A DNA stretch of 64,000 bases, taken from the NCBI GenBank assembly GCA_963721805.1, contig CAVRJY010000002.1, positions 64,001 to 128,000 on the forward strand, in the 5' to 3' direction. The position numbers were made by a program, and so were the translations under genes. Below, piece after piece: positions 9,918-19,548 of the stretch. Under the pieces are notes generated by a model. It did not search any database, was not told the DNA's origin, and saw only the letters and a program-made list of their open reading frames with translations. This stretch comes from Nitrospirota bacterium. Its GTDB lineage: Bacteria; Nitrospirota; Thermodesulfovibrionia; Thermodesulfovibrionales; JdFR-86. Each line of letters begins with the position of its first letter. Position 1 is the first letter of the stretch.

Positions 9918-11216
9918 CTATAGTTTGTCCGTCCCCTCCATATGAGCCGAGAACATGCCCTTCAGGATGTTCGACGCGCAGAACTTGCCGCACATAGTGC
10001 AGGAGTCGGGCGAGTCCTCGCTCCGCTTTGCCTTGATCTCCCGTGCTCGCTCCGGGTCTATCGCAAGCTCCATCTGGCGCTTCCAGTCGATGTCGCGGCG
10101 GGCCTTGGACATCTCCTTGTCGCGGCCGCGCTTGCCAAGCTTGATCATGTCCCCGATATGGGCCGCGATCCTCGATGCCATCACGCCCTCGCGCACGTCC
10201 TCGGGGAACGGCAGACCGAGGTGCTCGGCCGGGGTGACATAGCAGATGAAGTCAGCGCCGAACGATGATGAGAGCGACGCGCCGATGGCGGCGGTGATGT
10301 GGTCATAGCCCGGCGCAACGTCTGTGGTGATCGGGCCGAGCATGTAAAACGGGGCCTCGCCGCTCATGCGCTTCTGCATTATCACGTTGGCCTCGATCTC
10401 GTCTATCGGAATGTGGCCCGGCCCCTCGACCATGGTCTGGCAGCCCATCTCTCTACCAAGTTCGGCGAGTTCGCAATTAATAAGCAGCTCCTGGATCTGC
10501 ACCCTGTCGCTGGAGTCGTGTATAGCGCCGGCCCTGAAGCCGTTTCCGAGGCTCAGGACGACGTCGTATTTCTTGAGCGTCTCTACGACCCTGTCGAATT
10601 TTTCGTAGAGGGGGTTCTCGCGGTCGTTGTGCATCATCCATGCGGTGAGGTACGAGCCGCCCTTCGAGACGAGCCCGCCGTAGCGGTATTTCTGGCGCTT
10701 CAGCATCTCTATCGTCATGCGGTTGATCCCGCAGTGTATCGCCATGAACGATACGCCCTCGCTGCACTGGCGTTCGAGCACGTCCCACAGAAGCTCCTCC
10801 GGCATATCGACCGCCGAGCCGTAGCGCTCGATAGCTGTGGCGAATGCCTCATATAGCGGGACAGTTCCCAGCGGCAGGCTGATCGCGCCCATGATCTCGC
10901 GCCGGACGCCTGCGATGTCGTCCCCGACGCTCAGGTCCATCAGCGTGTCTGCCCCGGCCCGCTCGGCCACGCGCGCCTTTTCCACTTCCATCTTGATGTC
11001 CGAGATCGCGGTCGACGTCCCGATGCTGGCGTTGATCTTGGTGCGCAGGCCCTTGCCGATGCCAAGGACATTGCACTTCGCGAGGTCGTTTGATGGGATC
11101 ACGATCTTCCCGGAGGCCACGCGCCGCCTGACTGTCTCGGGGTCGAGACCTTCGGCCTCTGCGACGGATACGATCTTGGGGGGCAGTCCGGATTGAGCGA
11201 GTTGAAGCTGAGTCAT
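9918..11216 (-). CDS. bzaF: ThiC-family radical SAM enzyme, most likely 5-hydroxybenzimidazole synthase BzaF
   Basis: ThiC fold with C-terminal CTMCGKFC; RYGGLVSKGG and SLGNGFRAGAIHDSSDR..IQELLINCELAE resemble deltaproteobacterial BzaF; preceded by a cobalamin rather than TPP riboswitch. Confidence 0.8.
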   Translation of the reverse strand: MTQLQLAQSGLPPKIVSVAEAEGLDPETVRRRVASGKIVIPSNDLAKCNVLGIGKGLRTKINASIGTSTAISDIKMEVEKARVAERAGADTLMDLSVGDDIAGVRREIMGAISLPLGTVPLYEAFATAIERYGSAVDMPEELLWDVLERQCSEGVSFMAIHCGINRMTIEMLKRQKYRYGGLVSKGGSYLTAWMMHNDRENPLYEKFDRVVETLKKYDVVLSLGNGFRAGAIHDSSDRVQIQELLINCELAELGREMGCQTMVEGPGHIPIDEIEANVIMQKRMSGEAPFYMLGPITTDVAPGYDHITAAIGASLSSSFGADFICYVTPAEHLGLPFPEDVREGVMASRIAAHIGDMIKLGKRGRDKEMSKARRDIDWKRQMELAIDPERAREIKAKRSEDSPDSCTMCGKFCASNILKGMFSAHMEGTDKL

Positions 11217-11389
11217 GAGGCACCTCTTTGAGCATGGGAATCCCTTGAACGATACGGATACTTGGGGAAGGTGAGCGGGTGTGCTCCGCCATTCCCGGTC
11301 CTCGCCAGGGGCCGCATTGCCTGAAAATCAGGTTGCGGCATAGGCGGTCATTTATCCCCGTGCGTTACCTCGCACGAGGTGGCCGTCTC

Positions 11390-11748
11390 TCCAGGCAGGT
11401 CTTCTGACTCCCGGTTCGTCCTACTCGTCCTGCCTTCCCGTCCTTTCGAACAGTGGCGTTGAACCTATCTCAAAATTGCTTCTGGCTGCAAGAGGCTGAA
11501 ATCGCGGGATACTGTGTCGTAAAGGGAAAAATCGTTCCTCGATGTAGCGCTGCTACACCTGCGTCCGATTTTTCCTTTACTCCTTGTCTGCCACGATTTC
11601 CCCTCTCTTTCGCTTCAGAATCAATTTTGAGACAGGTTCCGCTGAACTTTCGTCCCCGGTTACAGCGGCGGGACCGTCCCCGAATCCAACGGGGTTCCCT
11701 ATTAAGCCCCCGGTCTGAGATCAGACCGTATGGGCGCCTGGAGCAGAG
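11390..11748 (-). ncRNA. Cobalamin riboswitch with a 179-bp internal insertion
   Basis: Minus strand reads AGGCGCCC...TTAATAGGGAACCCCG...CGGGGACGGTCCCGCCGCTGTAACCGGGGACGAAA...GCCACTG...GGGAAGGC...GAGTCAGAAGACCTGCC. Confidence 0.9.
11461..11639. mobile_element. MITE-like palindromic element, copy R3, inside the riboswitch
   Basis: 24-bp terminal inverted repeats GAACCTRTCTCAAAATTGMTTCTG (2 mismatches); core GATACTG..GTAGCGCTGCTACAC..CTCCTTGTCTG shared with the other copies. Confidence 0.85.
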
Positions 11749-11871
11749 ATTATATGAAAAACCGGAGGACCAAAGCAAGATCGTATTTCAGCCCCCGGCG
11801 AGGCGGCCCCCTTCGGCGGGAAGAACTCTATGTTATTGACACTATTTCCTAAAGTTTGCTAAGGTTCTTAG

Positions 11872-12660
11872 ATGGGCAGAGGTATGTCTATTATATTATT
11901 GGCTGCCGCGGTTTTGCTGGCGGCAGCACAAGGGGCCTCTGCGGTGGACATCGCGGGGGTTCAGCCCACGTCTCCATACGGGATATTCTCCACGATAATG
12001 ACGAACTCCCCGGCCCAGGGCCACTCGGCCGTTAGCTTCGGCCTCGAGACCACGATCAAGCCCGGCTACACGCGGTTCGTGACCGGGCTCGCCACGGGCA
12101 TCACGGACACGATGGAGGCCGGCCTGACCATACCCTACATCAGCCGCCAGGGCGGCGGACTTGAGGACATCACGCTCAGCTTCAAGCACCGCGTGCTGGA
12201 GGAGACGGACTACACGCCCTCGGTCGCATATCTGCTGGACGCCGCGCTCGACTCCGGCGTGGAGGATTCCACTACCGACGGCGCGCTGGGCGCAGGCCTG
12301 CTGCTTTCGAAGCGCGCGGGGCCCTTGAGGGGCCATGTAAACCTCCTGTACAGCAAGCCGTTTCAGCCCGGCCTGCGCGGCGACGTGAGGTTTGCGGCAG
12401 GCGTGGATTTCTCCGCCAGCAACAGCTCGAAGCTCCTGGCCGAGTACGTCATGAGCAAGGGCTATGACTCCCCGAACTTCATCCAGGAGGGGGCGCGCTT
12501 CGGATACCGCTTCATATATGACGAAGGCGTTTTCACCACGGTCGGCATCGGGATGGACATCGGCCAGAGAGTACCCAACTACAGGGTGATCGCCTCGCTC
12601 TCGGTGCTGTTCCCGCGCGTCGGGCACATCATCGAGAAGGTCTACGAAGAGGGCAACTAA
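11872..12660 (+). CDS. Exported, putative outer-membrane beta-barrel protein
   Basis: Signal peptide (ASA cleavage), amphipathic beta-strand pattern; first gene of the tatBC operon. Confidence 0.6.
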   Translation: MGRGMSIILLAAAVLLAAAQGASAVDIAGVQPTSPYGIFSTIMTNSPAQGHSAVSFGLETTIKPGYTRFVTGLATGITDTMEAGLTIPYISRQGGGLEDITLSFKHRVLEETDYTPSVAYLLDAALDSGVEDSTTDGALGAGLLLSKRAGPLRGHVNLLYSKPFQPGLRGDVRFAAGVDFSASNSSKLLAEYVMSKGYDSPNFIQEGARFGYRFIYDEGVFTTVGIGMDIGQRVPNYRVIASLSVLFPRVGHIIEKVYEEGN

Positions 12661-12663
12661 GCC

Positions 12664-13179
12664 GTGTTCGATATAGGGTTTCAGGAGCTTATCGTGATAT
12701 TCCTCGTGGCGCTATTCGTGCTCGGGCCGGAGAAGCTCCCCGAGGCGGCCAGGTCCCTCGGAAAGCTGGTCGCACACCTGAAACGCTCCATGGGAGATCT
12801 CAAGTCCGAGATGGACAAAGAGATCAACGCAGCGAAATACACCGTCACCGAACACCAGGTCCCGAACCTCAGGGGCGAGCCTGTAACGCTCAAGAGCGTT
12901 ACCGAAAAAGAAGAGCCGTCCCCTCCTGCCGGAGACAAGGCCGCCGCAGATGTCAAGCCAGAGGGGTCCGAGACCCCAGTCGGGCCGCCCATTGACGGGG
13001 AGCCCGCTCCCGTAGAAAGGCCCGCTCCCGAGGCGCCTTTAGAGAAGGGGGCCGTCGCCCCCGCCCCCACCCGGCCCCAGACCTCTGCGTGGCCCACGGC
13101 AACGTCCGTCCAGCCGGAGCCTCACTCAGAGCAGCGGGAGCCTGAATCAGAAAAGCACGATGCGGAGGGGAAGGCCTGA
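12664..13179 (+). CDS. tatB: Twin-arginine translocase subunit TatB
   Basis: MFDIGFQELIVIFLVALFVLGPEKLPEAARSLG. Confidence 0.92.
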   Translation: MFDIGFQELIVIFLVALFVLGPEKLPEAARSLGKLVAHLKRSMGDLKSEMDKEINAAKYTVTEHQVPNLRGEPVTLKSVTEKEEPSPPAGDKAAADVKPEGSETPVGPPIDGEPAPVERPAPEAPLEKGAVAPAPTRPQTSAWPTATSVQPEPHSEQREPESEKHDAEGKA

Positions 13180-13970
13180 TGGCGGACGAGGCCAAGCTTC
13201 CGATCATGGGGCACCTGGCCGAGCTGCGGCGCAGGCTGTTTCAAAGCGCGGTGGCCATAGCGCTCCTGTTTACGGTCACCTTCACCTATTCGGAGTACAT
13301 CTTCCGCGCGCTAGTCCTGCCGATGTCGAGCGACGTCGAGTTCTCGACCTCAGCGCCCTTCCTGAAATTCGTCCCCCGCGAGGGAGGCATCTCGAAGCTC
13401 GTCTTCCTCGCCCCGGCCGAGGCCTTCTGGGCCCACATGAAGATCGCGCTGATCGCGGCCGTGATACTTTGCGTCCCGGTGCTGCTTTTCCATGTCTGGA
13501 GGTTCATCTCCCCCGGGCTGAAGGACGAGGAGCGCCGCTACGTGCTGCCGTTTATCGTGATCGGCACGGGGCTGTTCGTGGCGGGGGCGGCGTTTTGTTT
13601 TTTCCTCGTCCTGCCGTTTGCGATGAAGTTCCTGCTCACGTACAAGACCGAGAACATGACCGCGATGATCACGGTCGAGAAGTACGTGGACTTCACCCTG
13701 AAGTTCGTCCTGGCCTTCGGCATCGTCTTTGAGCTCCCTATCGTGCTCGTCTTCCTGACCCGCATGGGGATAGTCTCGACCGACACGCTCGCCAAGAACC
13801 GCAAGTACGCGGTGCTCGCCGCGTTCGTCGTCGCGGCCTTCCTGACGCCGACCCCCGACGCCTTCAACCAGACGCTGATGGCCGTGCCGATGATCGTGCT
13901 CTATGAGGGCGGCATCTGGGCCTCGCGCCTCATCGCGGCCGCCTCCAGGAAGAAGGCGCCAGCGCAATGA
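13179..13970 (+). CDS. tatC: Twin-arginine translocase subunit TatC
   Basis: HLAELRRRL, FISPGL, FGIVFELP, TPTPDAFNQ, LYEGGI. Confidence 0.96.
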   Translation: MADEAKLPIMGHLAELRRRLFQSAVAIALLFTVTFTYSEYIFRALVLPMSSDVEFSTSAPFLKFVPREGGISKLVFLAPAEAFWAHMKIALIAAVILCVPVLLFHVWRFISPGLKDEERRYVLPFIVIGTGLFVAGAAFCFFLVLPFAMKFLLTYKTENMTAMITVEKYVDFTLKFVLAFGIVFELPIVLVFLTRMGIVSTDTLAKNRKYAVLAAFVVAAFLTPTPDAFNQTLMAVPMIVLYEGGIWASRLIAAASRKKAPAQ

Positions 13971-14239
13971 TACGCGGCAAGAACATAAAGATGGCCGTCA
14001 TCGACATAGCCGACGGCTATACGATAGTAAACCCCATACTCCTGAAGCCCCTCGACGACGAGACGCTCAAGGAGCTCTACGTCGGGCTCCAGAAGGCGAT
14101 GGTCGACATACGCCGCGAGAAGTTCCCTTTCCACGACTCCGAGGCCCTGAGGTTTCGGAACATGAAGCTCCAGAGGCTCAACACCTCCGCGATGGTCGTC
14201 AGGGCCTACGCGAAGACCAAGCGCATACTGCTGTTCTGA
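13967..14239 (+). CDS. Hypothetical protein (90 aa)
   Basis: ATGA overlap with tatC; host-like codon usage. Confidence 0.7.
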   Translation: MIRGKNIKMAVIDIADGYTIVNPILLKPLDDETLKELYVGLQKAMVDIRREKFPFHDSEALRFRNMKLQRLNTSAMVVRAYAKTKRILLF

Positions 14240-14301
14240 GGGCCTCACGCGGGCGGGTTTTCGTTGACACCCCAAGGTGTCTGATGCTATCGTTAATAAG
14301 A

Positions 14302-15987
14302 GTGGATAACCCTCTTGATGCATCAAAACAGGCGGAAAAACGCGAACTTTCGTGGGATGCCCACATGGTGCGGGATCTCATACAGTCGTTCCTGAAGGCG
14401 CGCAAGAACCTCAAGCTCTACCCCGAGAACAACCCCATATTCGTCAACACCATCGAGGACGTCTTCAAGCGCACCTCCGAGCTGCTCTCGGAACGCGACG
14501 GCATCACGCTGCGCATCACCCGAAACGAGATCCACTATAACGGCGAGCAGGTCTACGAGGGCTCGGGCAAGGACGACAACCTCGCGCTTTTCTTCTTCCG
14601 CGACGGCCTCAGGGAGCTGACGCTCAAGCCCGGTATCGAGAAGGCCGAGCTGAGACGGTTCCTGGACATCATCTCGGCCGACCTCGAACGCGAGAACGCC
14701 GAGGACGACCTCGTCACGCTGCTTTGGCAGAGCGACTTCAGCAGCATAACGTACAAGGTCGACGAGGCGCTGGTGCTTGAGGAGGACATGGGCTACGAGG
14801 AGAGCGCCACTGAGCAGGCCAGGGAGGGCGCGGACACCGGGGAGGGCATCAAGCAGGCATACGACGAGGCCAAAGCCGCGCCCGATCCCGCCGTGGACAT
14901 CCAGATCGCGCTGCTCACTGGCGAGGACCTCAAGTACCTCCAAGCCGAGATCGAGATGGACGGCGAGGACAAGACCGGCAAGGCGGTCGAGATAATCTTC
15001 GGCATGCTGGCCAAGACGACCACGGTAACCGAGATCAGGGATATGGCCCAGGTCCTGTGCAACGCGATCGACTACTGCATGCAGCAGGGCAACTTAAAAG
15101 CCCTTGCCCGGATCGTCACCCGCACGAAGGCCGCCATCGGCCGCATTCAAAACGACGAGGTCAGGGGCCTCCTGCGCACCGTCTCCGCCTACGCGTCCTC
15201 ACAGGGGACGGTGCGGGGGCTGGGCGTGCTCCTGGAGGCCGGCCGCACCGTCAACGAGGAGGCGCTCTCTGAGTACGTCGCGGTGCTGGAGCCCGGCGCG
15301 GTCGGATCGTTCATGGCGCTGTTGGGCGAGGTCAGGACGCCCTCGGTGCGCGAGATCATAATGAAGACGCTCGTCAGGATCGGCCGCGGCAACGTCGAGG
15401 CGGTCGCCCGCGGGCTCAAGGACAGGCGCGAGGGCTACGTGGCCGCGACCGTCAACCTGCTGCGCGCCATCGGCGGCAGGCAGGCGGCCGACAGCCTCAT
15501 GAGGTTCCCCATGCACCCGGACGCGCGCGTGCGGCGCGAGGTCGTGCGCGCGATAGGCGAGATCGGCGGCCCCGATGCCGCCGGCGCGATGATGCCCTAC
15601 CTCGACGACGCCGAGCCGGCCGTGAGGGCCGCGGCCGTCAGGGCGCTCGCGGCCAACGGCAGCGAGCTCTCGCGCATGGTGCTTATGACGCGCGCCTCCG
15701 ACAAGGGAGCGCTTTCGATGGAGTACGAGGATCTCAGGATCTATTTCGAGGCCCTCGCCAAGTGGCCGGACTCCGAGATGGTCGGGTTCATGGAAGGCAT
15801 ACTCAGGGAGTCGAGCCTTTTTAACCGCGCCAAGCGCGCCGAACTGAAGGCATGCGCCGCATACTCCCTGGGCCTCATGGGCGTGCCGGGGGCCGTGCCG
15901 ATCCTCCAGAAGTACGCGGGCTCCGGCAACAAGCTGATAGCCGACCAGGCGGGCATCGCGCTTAGGAGGTACGGCCATGGAAGATAG
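14302..15987 (+). CDS. HEAT-repeat domain protein
   Basis: LYPENNP N-terminal motif; C-terminal HEAT repeats (HPDARVRREVVRAIG, DAEPAVRAAAVRALA); GTG start chosen from the upstream TTGACA/TATCGT promoter. Confidence 0.82.
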   Translation: MDNPLDASKQAEKRELSWDAHMVRDLIQSFLKARKNLKLYPENNPIFVNTIEDVFKRTSELLSERDGITLRITRNEIHYNGEQVYEGSGKDDNLALFFFRDGLRELTLKPGIEKAELRRFLDIISADLERENAEDDLVTLLWQSDFSSITYKVDEALVLEEDMGYEESATEQAREGADTGEGIKQAYDEAKAAPDPAVDIQIALLTGEDLKYLQAEIEMDGEDKTGKAVEIIFGMLAKTTTVTEIRDMAQVLCNAIDYCMQQGNLKALARIVTRTKAAIGRIQNDEVRGLLRTVSAYASSQGTVRGLGVLLEAGRTVNEEALSEYVAVLEPGAVGSFMALLGEVRTPSVREIIMKTLVRIGRGNVEAVARGLKDRREGYVAATVNLLRAIGGRQAADSLMRFPMHPDARVRREVVRAIGEIGGPDAAGAMMPYLDDAEPAVRAAAVRALAANGSELSRMVLMTRASDKGALSMEYEDLRIYFEALAKWPDSEMVGFMEGILRESSLFNRAKRAELKACAAYSLGLMGVPGAVPILQKYAGSGNKLIADQAGIALRRYGHGR

Positions 15988-17371
15988 GGCCCTGCAGGAC
16001 CTCGCGCGCGACCTCATCAACCAGATCGCGGTCATGGTCAAGACCTCGCAGCTGCACGACCCCTCCAACGTTGCCGTAAAGAGCTCGATAGAGAAATTCG
16101 TGGCGCTCGCCGCAACGGCTACCGCTGAAGGCCCCTTCATGGTCGAACTGGTGGGGGAGTATTTCTACGCCGACGGCACGCGCATCAAGTACGCGATGGA
16201 GCTGATCGTGAACTTCGACTTCCTGATGCGCGAGTTCCGGAAGCACGCGATGGGGAGCATCACGTTTAACGGCCCGGTGACGGCCGACGAGATGGTCGTG
16301 TTCCTCAAGGCCTTCATAGCCACCGGGTTTGCTGCCGAGCCCTACGAGGAGCTCAGGGCCGCGCTCGAGGGGCTCCCGAACATAGAGATAGGCGTGATCA
16401 GGAAGGTCCGCGACGAGGACGGCGAGGTCGACATACGCAAGGCCGTGAAGTCCACTTATTTCAACGCGGTCACCCAGACGAAGGGCATGATGAACAAGAT
16501 CCGCAACGGCGAGCGCGTCGACGTAAAGCGCGCCAAGCGCATGATGCAGTCCGTCGTCGACATGCTGCTGTCGGAGGAGGAGACCCTCCTGGGCATGACC
16601 GCTATCAAGGACTATGACGACTACACGTTCCACCACTCGGTCAACGTGAGCATACTGTCCGTCTCGCTCGGGCAGAAACTCGGGCTGTCCAAAAACGCGC
16701 TTATGGAACTGGGGCTCGCGGCCCTGTTCCACGACGTAGGCAAGACCGAAGTCCCGGCCGAGGTGCTCAACAAGCCCACCTCGTTCACCGAGGAGGAGTG
16801 GGACATCATGCGCCGCCACCCGCTGTGGGGCGTGCGCGCGATACTGAAGATGAAGGGCTTCGACTCGCTCTCGGTGCGCGCCGCTATCGTAGCCTACGAG
16901 CACCACATACACCTCGACAACGCCGGATACCCGGAGAAGACCTACGCCGAGGGGCTTGACCTCTACTCCCGGATCATCAGCATCGCCGACCAGTACGACG
17001 CCGTGACCTCGGCGCGCGTATACTCGCGCACCCCGCTTCAGCCGGACAAGGCGCTGAGCCTGCTCGTGGAGCGCTCCGGGGTGCAGCTCGACGCGCGCCT
17101 GCTGAAGCTGTTCATCAACATGGTCGGCCTGTTCCCGGTCGGCTCGGGCGTCATGCTCGACACCGGCGAGATGGCCCTCGTCTTCGGCAACAACATGGCC
17201 TTCCCCACGCGCCCCAAGGTGATGATCATCGCAGATAGCAAGGGCAACAAGGTCCAGGGCAGGATGGCGGACCTCACCGAGAAGGACGCCGCTGGCGGCT
17301 ATAAGCACTCGATCTCAAGCACACTCGATCCCCACAAATACAAGATAAACCTCGCCGAATACATGCTCTAG
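15977..17371 (+). CDS. HD-GYP domain phosphodiesterase
   Basis: YTFHHSVNV, LFHDVGK, EHH..DNAGYP, IADQYDA. Confidence 0.9.
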   Translation: MEDRALQDLARDLINQIAVMVKTSQLHDPSNVAVKSSIEKFVALAATATAEGPFMVELVGEYFYADGTRIKYAMELIVNFDFLMREFRKHAMGSITFNGPVTADEMVVFLKAFIATGFAAEPYEELRAALEGLPNIEIGVIRKVRDEDGEVDIRKAVKSTYFNAVTQTKGMMNKIRNGERVDVKRAKRMMQSVVDMLLSEEETLLGMTAIKDYDDYTFHHSVNVSILSVSLGQKLGLSKNALMELGLAALFHDVGKTEVPAEVLNKPTSFTEEEWDIMRRHPLWGVRAILKMKGFDSLSVRAAIVAYEHHIHLDNAGYPEKTYAEGLDLYSRIISIADQYDAVTSARVYSRTPLQPDKALSLLVERSGVQLDARLLKLFINMVGLFPVGSGVMLDTGEMALVFGNNMAFPTRPKVMIIADSKGNKVQGRMADLTEKDAAGGYKHSISSTLDPHKYKINLAEYML

Positions 17372-17504
17372 GGGTGCCACGGGCACCTCTTACTCTCAGC
17401 AATCGGTCGACTGATTTCTAATTGGGGCAAGGTTGCCACGGAACTGGTGCTGCATGATGGGGTGCGCGGCCGAATAAGACAAAGTTTCGAGCTGAGGCCG
17501 CGGC

Positions 17505-19058
17505 TTAGGCTTCCGCCTTTTTCTTCTTCATCACGTAGAGCTGCTGCGAGATCGACAGCAGGTTGTTGACCAGCCAGTAGAGCACGAGCCCGGAGGCGAA
17601 GTTAAGGAACATGAAGGTGAAGATGACGGGCATGAGCATCATGACCTTCCGCTGGGTCGCATCTCCGGTGGCGGGGGTCATCTTCTGCTGCACTAACATG
17701 GAGACGCCCATCACGAGCGGCAGGACGTAGTAGGGGTCCTTCCCCGAGAGGTCGTGGATCCATAGCGCGAACGGCGCGCCGCGCAGCTCTATCGATACCA
17801 GCAGCACCTTGTAGAGCGCGAAGAACACCGGTATCTGCAGCAGCATCGGCAGGCAGCCGCCCATTGGGTTTACCTTGTGTTTCTTGTACAGCTCCATCGT
17901 CTCCTGCTGCATGCGGGCCGGGTCCTTGGCGAATTTTTCCTTGATCTCGGCCATCCGCGGCTGCAGGTCCTGCAGCCTGCGCATGGATTCCTGCCCCTTG
18001 TTGACTATCGGGATAAACGGGATGCGGATCAGGATCGTCAGTATGATGATGGACCAGCCGTAGTTGTGGACGAGGCCGTTTATGCGGTTGAGCATCCAGA
18101 ATATCGGGCGGGCGATGATCGAGAAAAACCCGAAGTCCACGATGCTCTCGATGCCGAGGTTGAGTTTCTTTAGGTTGTCGAGTTCCTTCGGCCCGGCATA
18201 GAGCGTGAAGTCGTACGAGCCGGTGCCCTGTGCCCCGAATATCCCGATCGCACCTTCTGCGCCCTTGCCCTTCCATACGCGCGCACCGCCAACGCTGGTG
18301 CCGGGCACGAGCGCCGAGAAGAAATACTTGTCCTCGAGCGCGACCCACTTAAGCGGGCCGGTCAGCGTCTCGGTCGTCTCGATCTTGCCTTCCTTGTACT
18401 CCTTGCGGTCGGTGTCCACCAGGGCTACCGGCCCGGTATGGAGGCTCTTGTCCGGCACGTTGATGCCGAGCGCGGTGCCGAGCGTGATCTCATACTCCGG
18501 GAGCCCGCGCACGTCGTCATGAATGTTGATCAGGTAGGAGTCCTGCTTGAACGTATATGTGCGCTGAACCGCCCGGCTGCTGTCAGAGAACTTGCATATC
18601 AGCGTGGCGCTCTCATGGCCCGGCCCGAGCGTGATGGCGTCCGGGGCGTCGCACTCAAACGGCTGCTCGGAGAGCGAGAAATCTTCCTTCGAGCCTATGG
18701 CGAGGGCCGGGGAGCCGTCATTGAGTATCGAGATCGGGCTGCCGTCGGGGTTCTGGAACTTCTTGAGCGTCATCGCGGTCATCGTGCCGCCGCGAGTGCT
18801 GAATGTTGCGGTGTAGAAGTCGGTCGAGACGGTGATCGAGCGGGCGGCTGGCGCGGCTGCCGCGGTGGCGTTCTGGACGCCCGTGGGCGGCGCAGTGGCC
18901 GCCGGGACCGTGAGCGCCGCGTTTGCGGGCGCGGCCGCGGGGGCGTTGACCGCCTGCGGTGACGCCTTCTGCACCGGGGCGCTCGGGATGTAGAAGTACT
19001 GGTATGCCAGGAGCACCAGGACAGAGAGTCCGACGGCTACCAGCGCCCTTCTTTCCAT
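17505..19058 (-). CDS. yidC: Membrane protein insertase YidC
   Basis: YAGPK, VDFGFF, NYGWSIIILT, NPMGGCLPMLLQIPVFFALY. Confidence 0.97.
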   Translation of the reverse strand: MERRALVAVGLSVLVLLAYQYFYIPSAPVQKASPQAVNAPAAAPANAALTVPAATAPPTGVQNATAAAAPAARSITVSTDFYTATFSTRGGTMTAMTLKKFQNPDGSPISILNDGSPALAIGSKEDFSLSEQPFECDAPDAITLGPGHESATLICKFSDSSRAVQRTYTFKQDSYLINIHDDVRGLPEYEITLGTALGINVPDKSLHTGPVALVDTDRKEYKEGKIETTETLTGPLKWVALEDKYFFSALVPGTSVGGARVWKGKGAEGAIGIFGAQGTGSYDFTLYAGPKELDNLKKLNLGIESIVDFGFFSIIARPIFWMLNRINGLVHNYGWSIIILTILIRIPFIPIVNKGQESMRRLQDLQPRMAEIKEKFAKDPARMQQETMELYKKHKVNPMGGCLPMLLQIPVFFALYKVLLVSIELRGAPFALWIHDLSGKDPYYVLPLVMGVSMLVQQKMTPATGDATQRKVMMLMPVIFTFMFLNFASGLVLYWLVNNLLSISQQLYVMKKKKAEA

Positions 19059-19059
19059 T

Positions 19060-19335
19060 TTATTTCATCCCCGGATCAGGCCTTAGATTTGTGCGGTTAG
19101 ATGGGATCTGCAAAAGCGGCACCGGGTCGTACCCGCCCGGGTGCCATGGATGGCAGCGCGAGATGCGGCAAATTGCCAGCCATGAGCCTCGAAGCGCACC
19201 GTGGCGCTCTATGGCCTCGCGGGCGTAGTCCGAACACGTGGGCGCGAACCTGCAGCTGCCCCCTAATAGCGGGGAGAGCAGGAGCTTATAAAGCCCGATG
19301 AGGAGTATGAGGGACTTCCTTGGCAGATTGGGCAT
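19060..19335 (-). CDS. yidD: Membrane protein insertion efficiency factor YidD
   Basis: [19 protein letters not shown]...[14 protein letters not shown]. Confidence 0.95.
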   Translation of the reverse strand: MPNLPRKSLILLIGLYKLLLSPLLGGSCRFAPTCSDYAREAIERHGALRGSWLAICRISRCHPWHPGGYDPVPLLQIPSNRTNLRPDPGMK

Positions 19336-19364
19336 GGGGGAGCGTGGCGGTGAGAGACGGAGCG

Positions 19365-19505
19365 CTACAGCGAGAGCCTTCTACGGCCCTTTGCGCGCCT
19401 TCTCCTGATGACCTCGCGTCCGCCCGGCGTGCGCATCCTCTTGCGGAACCCGTGGACCCTGCTCCTTTTCTTCTTGTGCGGATTGTATGTTGTGTATGCA
19501 GGCAT
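19365..19505 (-). CDS. rpmH: 50S ribosomal protein L34 (missing from the ORF track)
   Basis: Manual translation [46 protein letters not shown]. Confidence 0.95.
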   Translation of the reverse strand: MPAYTTYNPHKKKRSRVHGFRKRMRTPGGREVIRRRRAKGRRRLSL

Positions 19506-19548
19506 AGTTCGATACTATAATCTCCGGCCCCCCGGAATGTCAACCGGG

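Noticed and set aside
11220..11390. Second riboswitch (TPP or ZTP) in the bzaF leader
   Set aside because: Hairpins are present but no TPP or ZTP consensus; likely the expression platform.
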